DNA of 64,000 nucleotides from Plasmodiophora brassicae (Eukaryota): NCBI GenBank assembly GCA_036867785.1, contig CP145416.1, positions 434,001 to 498,000 of the forward strand, read 5' to 3'. Shown piece by piece: positions 58,928 to 64,000 of this stretch (position 1 is its first letter; each line of letters starts with the position of its first letter). The notes under the pieces were generated by a model. It saw only the letters and a program-made list of their open reading frames with translations, ran no database searches and was not told where the DNA came from. The position numbers and the translations under genes were made by a program.

Positions 58928-61900
58928 ATGTCCTACAACTTCACAACGAAGACGAATGAGGTCCTCCTGGGCGCCCAGGAGGTCGCGATGAAAAACTCCC
59001 ATGTCGAGATGGCTCCCGTCCATGTCGCCATCTCGTTGTTCTCTGCGGGTGACGGTGTCGCCCGCAGCTTGTGCATGCGAGTTGGCATCACGCCTGCTTT
59101 GGTACGTGGGCTCGTTTTATCCCAGTCAGATCTTCACTTGAGATACTAATGACAACGTACAGGTCCTTTCAAATTTGACCCCGTTGCTTTCGAAAATCCC
59201 GGTCCAGTCACCTGGTCCTCAGCTGCCGAGCGACGTCCAGCCAAACCGTTCCACTCAAAAGGTCGGTGTCCGTATTCTCGGTTGTGTGAACTCTCCCTAA
59301 TATCACCCTTCAGGTTCTGCAAGCAGCACTTCAACAACAGAAAGCAAACAACGATTCGCATTTGTCCGTTGACCATTTGCTGTTGGGGCTCTACGCGGAC
59401 AGCACTGTTTCCGGTGCATTGGAGAAGTCTGGCCTGCATCAGGATAAAGTGACAACGCTCATGGCGTCTATCCGTGGGTCGTCCAAGGTCACAGACGCCC
59501 ATGCCGAAGACACATTCGACGCCCTCGAGAAGTACGGGACAAACGTTACAAAACTGGCCATGGATGGGAAACTGGATCCTGTTATTGGCCGGGATGACGA
59601 GATCCGGCGAACGGTTCAAGTTCTGTGTCGCCGCACCAAGAACAACCCTATCCTTTTAGGTACGTCTACGATTGGAGTTTGGTTCTCCAGATTCTAAATA
59701 GTGGAAATGCAGGACAACCTGGTGTTGGTAAAACCGCCATTGTTGAGGGTCTTGCTATTCGACTGGCCAACGGCGACGTTCCTGCCAACCTGCAACAATT
59801 CCAGATCATCAGTCTAGACCTTGGAGCTCTCGTTGCTGGTGCGTCGCATCGTGGCGAGTTCGAACAACGACTGAAGGCCGTGCTTAATGAGGTATTTATG
59901 TGGTTCCCCTATGGAATGTCGTCGTCTTCGTTAACATTTGTGTCCTGAAGATCAAATCAAGTGGACGAGTCATTTTGTTCATCGATGAAATCCATCTCTT
60001 GCTTGGAGCCGGTCGAGCAGAAGGCGCGATGGATGCGGCGAACCTTCTAAAGCCTATGCTAGCGCGTGGTGAACTTCGATGCATCGGAGCTACGGTTGGT
60101 TCGACGTCGCGGAATGCTTTTACATCATCTGACCTGTGGCTGCGATTAGACGCTGGACGAATACAGAAAGTACGTCGAAAAAGACGCTGCGTTCGAGCGG
60201 CGTTTCCAGCAGGTCATGGTGATGGAGCCCTCGATCGAAGCGTCGGTTTCCATCTTGCGTGGCATCAAGGACAAGTATGAGAATCATCACGGTGTTCGTA
60301 TTCTGGATTCGTCCCTCGTGGCAGCTGTCCAGCTGTCCCATCGCTACATCACGTCTCGGTTCCTTCCGGACAAGGCCATCGATTTAATCGATGAGGCTTG
60401 TGCTAGCACTCGTGTGCAACTGGACTCCCGACCTGAAGCCATTGACCAGCTCGAACGTCGCCAACTGCAGCTTGATGTTGAGGCGACGGCTCTGTCGCAG
60501 GAGAAAGATGAAGCCAGTCGTCAACGCCTTCTGGTTGTACAGAGCGAGCTTGCCAAGATTGCCGATGAGCTCAAGCCCCTCCAGATGAAGCATCAAGCAG
60601 GTTGGTGTCGTGGTGACGCGGTTTTCTGAACAACAACGGCTAACGCGAATTCTACAGAAAAGGAGCGCCTTGATGAAATCCGAAACTTCAAGAAGAAACT
60701 CGAAGACGTGCATCGCAAGATCGAACAAGCGGAGCGTGCGAAGGATCTCGCGAAAGTGGCAGACTTGCGTTACGGCGCTGTGCCGGATCTGGAGCGAAAA
60801 ATTGAGAAGCTTGAGGAGGCGAACCGCAAACGGGATACGGGTAAGTGTTATTTCATTCACACGCGGTAATTTAAACTTGGCCTGACAACCTGTTCCATGC
60901 CAGATGACACCTCGCTGCTGTCGGAAGTTGTTCGTCCCCAACAAATTGCTGAGATTGTCAGCCGCTGGACCGGCATTCCGGTGACGAACCTGACACGAAC
61001 GGAACGTGAACGGTAACGATCAGTGTATCGAACGTGAAGTCTCCAACTAATTGTTTCATAGAATGCTTGGATTGAGTGACGCGCTCCACAAGCGCGTCGT
61101 CGGCCAAGACGAAGCTGTTGATGCAGTCGCAGACGCCATAATGCGTTCCCGCGCTGGAATGGGTCGACCTGGGCAACCACTCGGTTCCTTCTTACTTCTC
61201 GGTAAGCAAATTTGCCGGCTGCTACGTGTGCGTTTGTTCTGACGAAAAGTCAGGATCAACGGGGACGGGAAAAACGGAGCTCGCCAAAGCCCTCAGCGAA
61301 CAGCTATTTGATGACGAGAGGAACATGGTCCGACTGGACATGTCGGAATATTCCGAACAACATTCCGGCGCTCGTTTGAGTACGTATTGGCCTCTGCTTA
61401 GGCATGCGGACCGTTGGGAGCTGACTGATGATGCTGTACAGTTGGTGCGCCTCCCGGCTATGTCGGGCACGACGAGGGTGGCCAGCTGACGGAAGCAGTG
61501 CGCCGGCGCCCGTTCTCTGTCGTCCTCCTGGATGAAATCGAGAAGGCGCACCCGCAGATTTCGAACATCCTCCTGCAAGTTCTCGATGACGGGCGTCTGA
61601 CCGACGGCAAGGGCCGAACCGTTGATTTCTCCAACACGGTCATCATTCTCACGTCGAATCTGGGGTCGCAACATCTGCTGGCCGCAATCGGCACTGGGTC
61701 TGATGCCGCAATGACGGCTGCCAAGGCCCGCGTGATGGATTCGGTGCGCGCTCACTTCCGTCCCGAGTTCATCAACCGTCTTGACGACTGCGTCATCTTC
61801 ACGCCTCTGGACCAGAAGATGCTTGCCCAGATCGCCAAGATCCAGATCGTTCGCGTTCAGAAACGCCTCGATGAACGCCACATCCAGCTGGTCGTCGATG

Positions 61901-62142
61901 ATTCGGCGCTCAAGATGATCTTGGACAAAGGTTATGATCCCGCGTACGGCGCACGTCCTCTCAAGCGATACCTGGAAAAGAACGTCGTCACCGAAATCAG
62001 CCGGCTCATCATCAGCGGTCAGCTCACTGACTACGGTCGTGTTGTTGTTACCGCCAACGTCCCGTCCGACAAGCTCATGTTCGTCTGCGAGAACTCACCG
62101 AACGCATCTGGTGTCGGGATGGATGTCGACTCGCGCGACTGA
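58928..62142 (+). CDS. clpB: Hsp101/Hsp104/ClpB AAA+ disaggregase, multi-exon
   Basis: '[14 protein letters not shown]...RRTKNNP', '[12 protein letters not shown]', 'LFIDEIH', '[14 protein letters not shown]', M-domain, '[11 protein letters not shown]', 'LLDEIEKAH' and 'YGARPLKR'. Acidic C-terminus (MDVDSRD) and no N-terminal targeting extension suggest the cytosolic form. Confidence 0.97.
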
Positions 62143-62817
62143 GCCTTTTATCCAAATCAGTGCGAAGTAAATTTAATGGCCGGACTATACATATAAAACC
62201 GTGTGAATGTGTTGGTCGAGAAAGATGGCCCAGCTGGGCTCGTTTGGCCGGATCGCTGAATCGGAAACCAACAAGTCTATTTCGGACGAGGCGCCGTCGT
62301 TCCTGCGGCAGAATGTCGCGCAGGCCTGTGCAGACTGCAGAGGCGGATCGCATGGTTGCGATCGCAAACGCTCATTGCTCATACGTAGGTGAAAACCGAA
62401 GGGCAAATCCCTGGTTCTGGACATAAGATGAGGCCCACACCAGTTTGCGGACGCCCAGATCGTAACGTCCAGCGATGCCGCGGCGACCTTCGAAGACGAC
62501 AAGAGATTGGCACATTCTTCACGGAGCACCAGTGCAATCTGGTGTGTATGCAAAGCTCGACACGTCGCCAGCAAGCGGTCGGAGTAATTGATCAGGCCAT
62601 TGCCTGCCGAAGAGCACGCCCTGCATTGGATGGACCGAGGCGCTCAGGTGGTCATTGGTCAGCAATCGGTTCCCGCTGACCGACCAGCTCTATTTGTGTG
62701 TCGCAAGGCAATACAGGAGCCCGAGGCCATGGCCAGGTAGGGTGCCGCATCCTGCAAGTAGATGAGGATGCAGCAGCGTGTCCAATTGCTCGCCAACCTG
62801 GTCGGCCCCAGGGCTAT

Positions 62818-64000
62818 TTATTGGTTGGGGTCACTGGGCGGGTGCTTCCGGATCGGCTGGAACTTGATGACGGGGAAGTTCGCCGCCCGAGGGCCCAGAT
62901 TCAGCTGGGGGATGAACCCTTTGAGGACCTTCTTGGCGGCCACACCCCCCTTCTTCAGCTCGGACATGATCAGTTCGACCCTGTTCTGTCGTTGGCTCTC
63001 ATTGAGGCCCTCGAGCTGGGCGGCGGCCCGTTCGTCCTGGGCGACAAGCACCTCGGCCTGCTTCGACTCCTCGATGTACGTCTTCAGGTTCGCGATTACG
63101 GCCGGCATGAACGTCTGGAACGACAGGCGGTGGTCGCGTGCCACGTACCCGTCCTGGAATAGGCGCTTCTCCATGGCGGGCAGTACCCATTTCAACGCCA
63201 TGGCTACCATGGAACTCAGCACGCCCGACGACGCCAGCTCCATATCTCTCACACGGGGGTCGCCCCTGAACGAAATGTCGACCCAAGCGTCATCGGTGTC
63301 GTTCGACGTGAACGACAGCAGTACGTCCCTAGGAGGGGGGACATCGGGATCAGTGACCCATTGCAGGACAGGCCAGCGCGCACGACAACGCACGTGAATT
63401 CCACACGGGCCGTCTTCGCGGCGATGTCGAACGATGTCGCCTTGTCCACCGTCATGGAGAAGAACGTGTCAGGGGCACCTGGTCGGATCGTGTCGGGCGC
63501 CAAGCGGTAGGACGCGTCGACGAGGAACATGTCGCGGTCGGTGTCGCCCTGGTCGGAGATGGCCACATGGACCCGCTCCTGACCGCCGATCTCGACATGG
63601 TTGATGCGAGCGCCAACGGCCGACAGGTCGAGGCCCATGATGATCGGCTCGATGACTCGCTGTGCAACGTTAGAACCGTAGGGCGCGCCCACGAGCACGA
63701 CCCGACCTGGTTCACACCGAAGCGCTGCGCCAGGTGCCCGAGTAGGCGCTTCCAGCGCTGCGTCAGCTCCTGCAGCGCGTCGATCGTGAAGCCTTGAGCG
63801 TCCAGCATCGCCATGGGCCGTGTCGGCGACAGGCGCCCTATCACGCGTCGTCCGACGTACTTCCAGTTCGTGGATCCCCGCGACAGGATCCCTCGGCGCT
63901 TCTTGGCGTCTCCAGGTTCGCCAGGTACTGCTCCAGCGTCAGCGCAGGCGGCGGCGGCCTGGACCTGAACCCTGTGGCATCGTTAGGGGACGGGCACGGG
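62818..64000 (-). CDS. Hypothetical protein, spliced; 5' end probably outside the window
   Basis: Coding-like ORFs 63249-63698 and 62818-63393 are joinable across a GTGCGT...CCTAG intron. No family recognised. Confidence 0.5.

Noticed and set aside
58377-58991. 204-aa ORF upstream of and overlapping the Hsp101 start
   Set aside because: Non-ATG start, no recognisable motifs, and it runs through the HSE-containing promoter region.
62207-62679. Short plus-strand ORFs downstream of Hsp101
   Set aside because: No family similarity or convincing spliced model could be built; a small gene cannot be excluded.
1-64000. Prokaryotic systems (CRISPR arrays, operons, defence islands), rRNA/tRNA genes, telomeric repeats
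   Set aside because: The sequence is intron-containing eukaryotic DNA. No regularly spaced direct repeats, rRNA-like or tRNA-like sequence, or tandem telomere repeats were seen by eye; tRNAscan-SE/Infernal would be needed to exclude small RNAs.

Overview
Gene-dense eukaryotic (protist-type) genomic DNA. It is GC-rich, with many short (~50-60 nt) GT-AG introns and very short intergenic gaps. Flagellar/centriolar genes (CFAP47, CEP78, a coiled-coil axonemal candidate) imply a flagellated life stage. The overall style resembles Phytomyxea such as Plasmodiophora, but this is an inference only. Recognisable genes, in order: TAP42/alpha4, AP-5 zeta-like, a cluster of tiny ORFs (COA3-like, UPF0235/YggU-like and others), a chimeric SCAB-like/muniscin gene, RIF1 (N-terminal HEAT region), an EF-hand protein, CEP78, CFAP47, CKS1, XRCC3-like, an EEP/CCR4-like nuclease, a C2-domain sterol glucosyltransferase-like protein, a Ty1/copia RT relic, RLP24, choline/ethanolamine phosphotransferase, an M20 peptidase, iPGM, an ATM1/ABCB6-type ABC half-transporter, a gene-sparse island with two paralogous secreted-like orphan genes flanking a secreted GH114, HMCES/SRAP, taxilin, and Hsp101/ClpB with upstream HSE-like motifs. 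The most striking observation is one spliced gene (5454-9537, minus strand). It joins a SCAB-type coiled-coil/Ig/PH module to the FCHo/SGIP1 AP2-activating motif and a muniscin mu-homology domain, with no recognisable F-BAR domain. All family calls come from recognising motifs by eye; no database search was run. Coordinates of spliced genes are gene spans, and some 5' ends are approximate.
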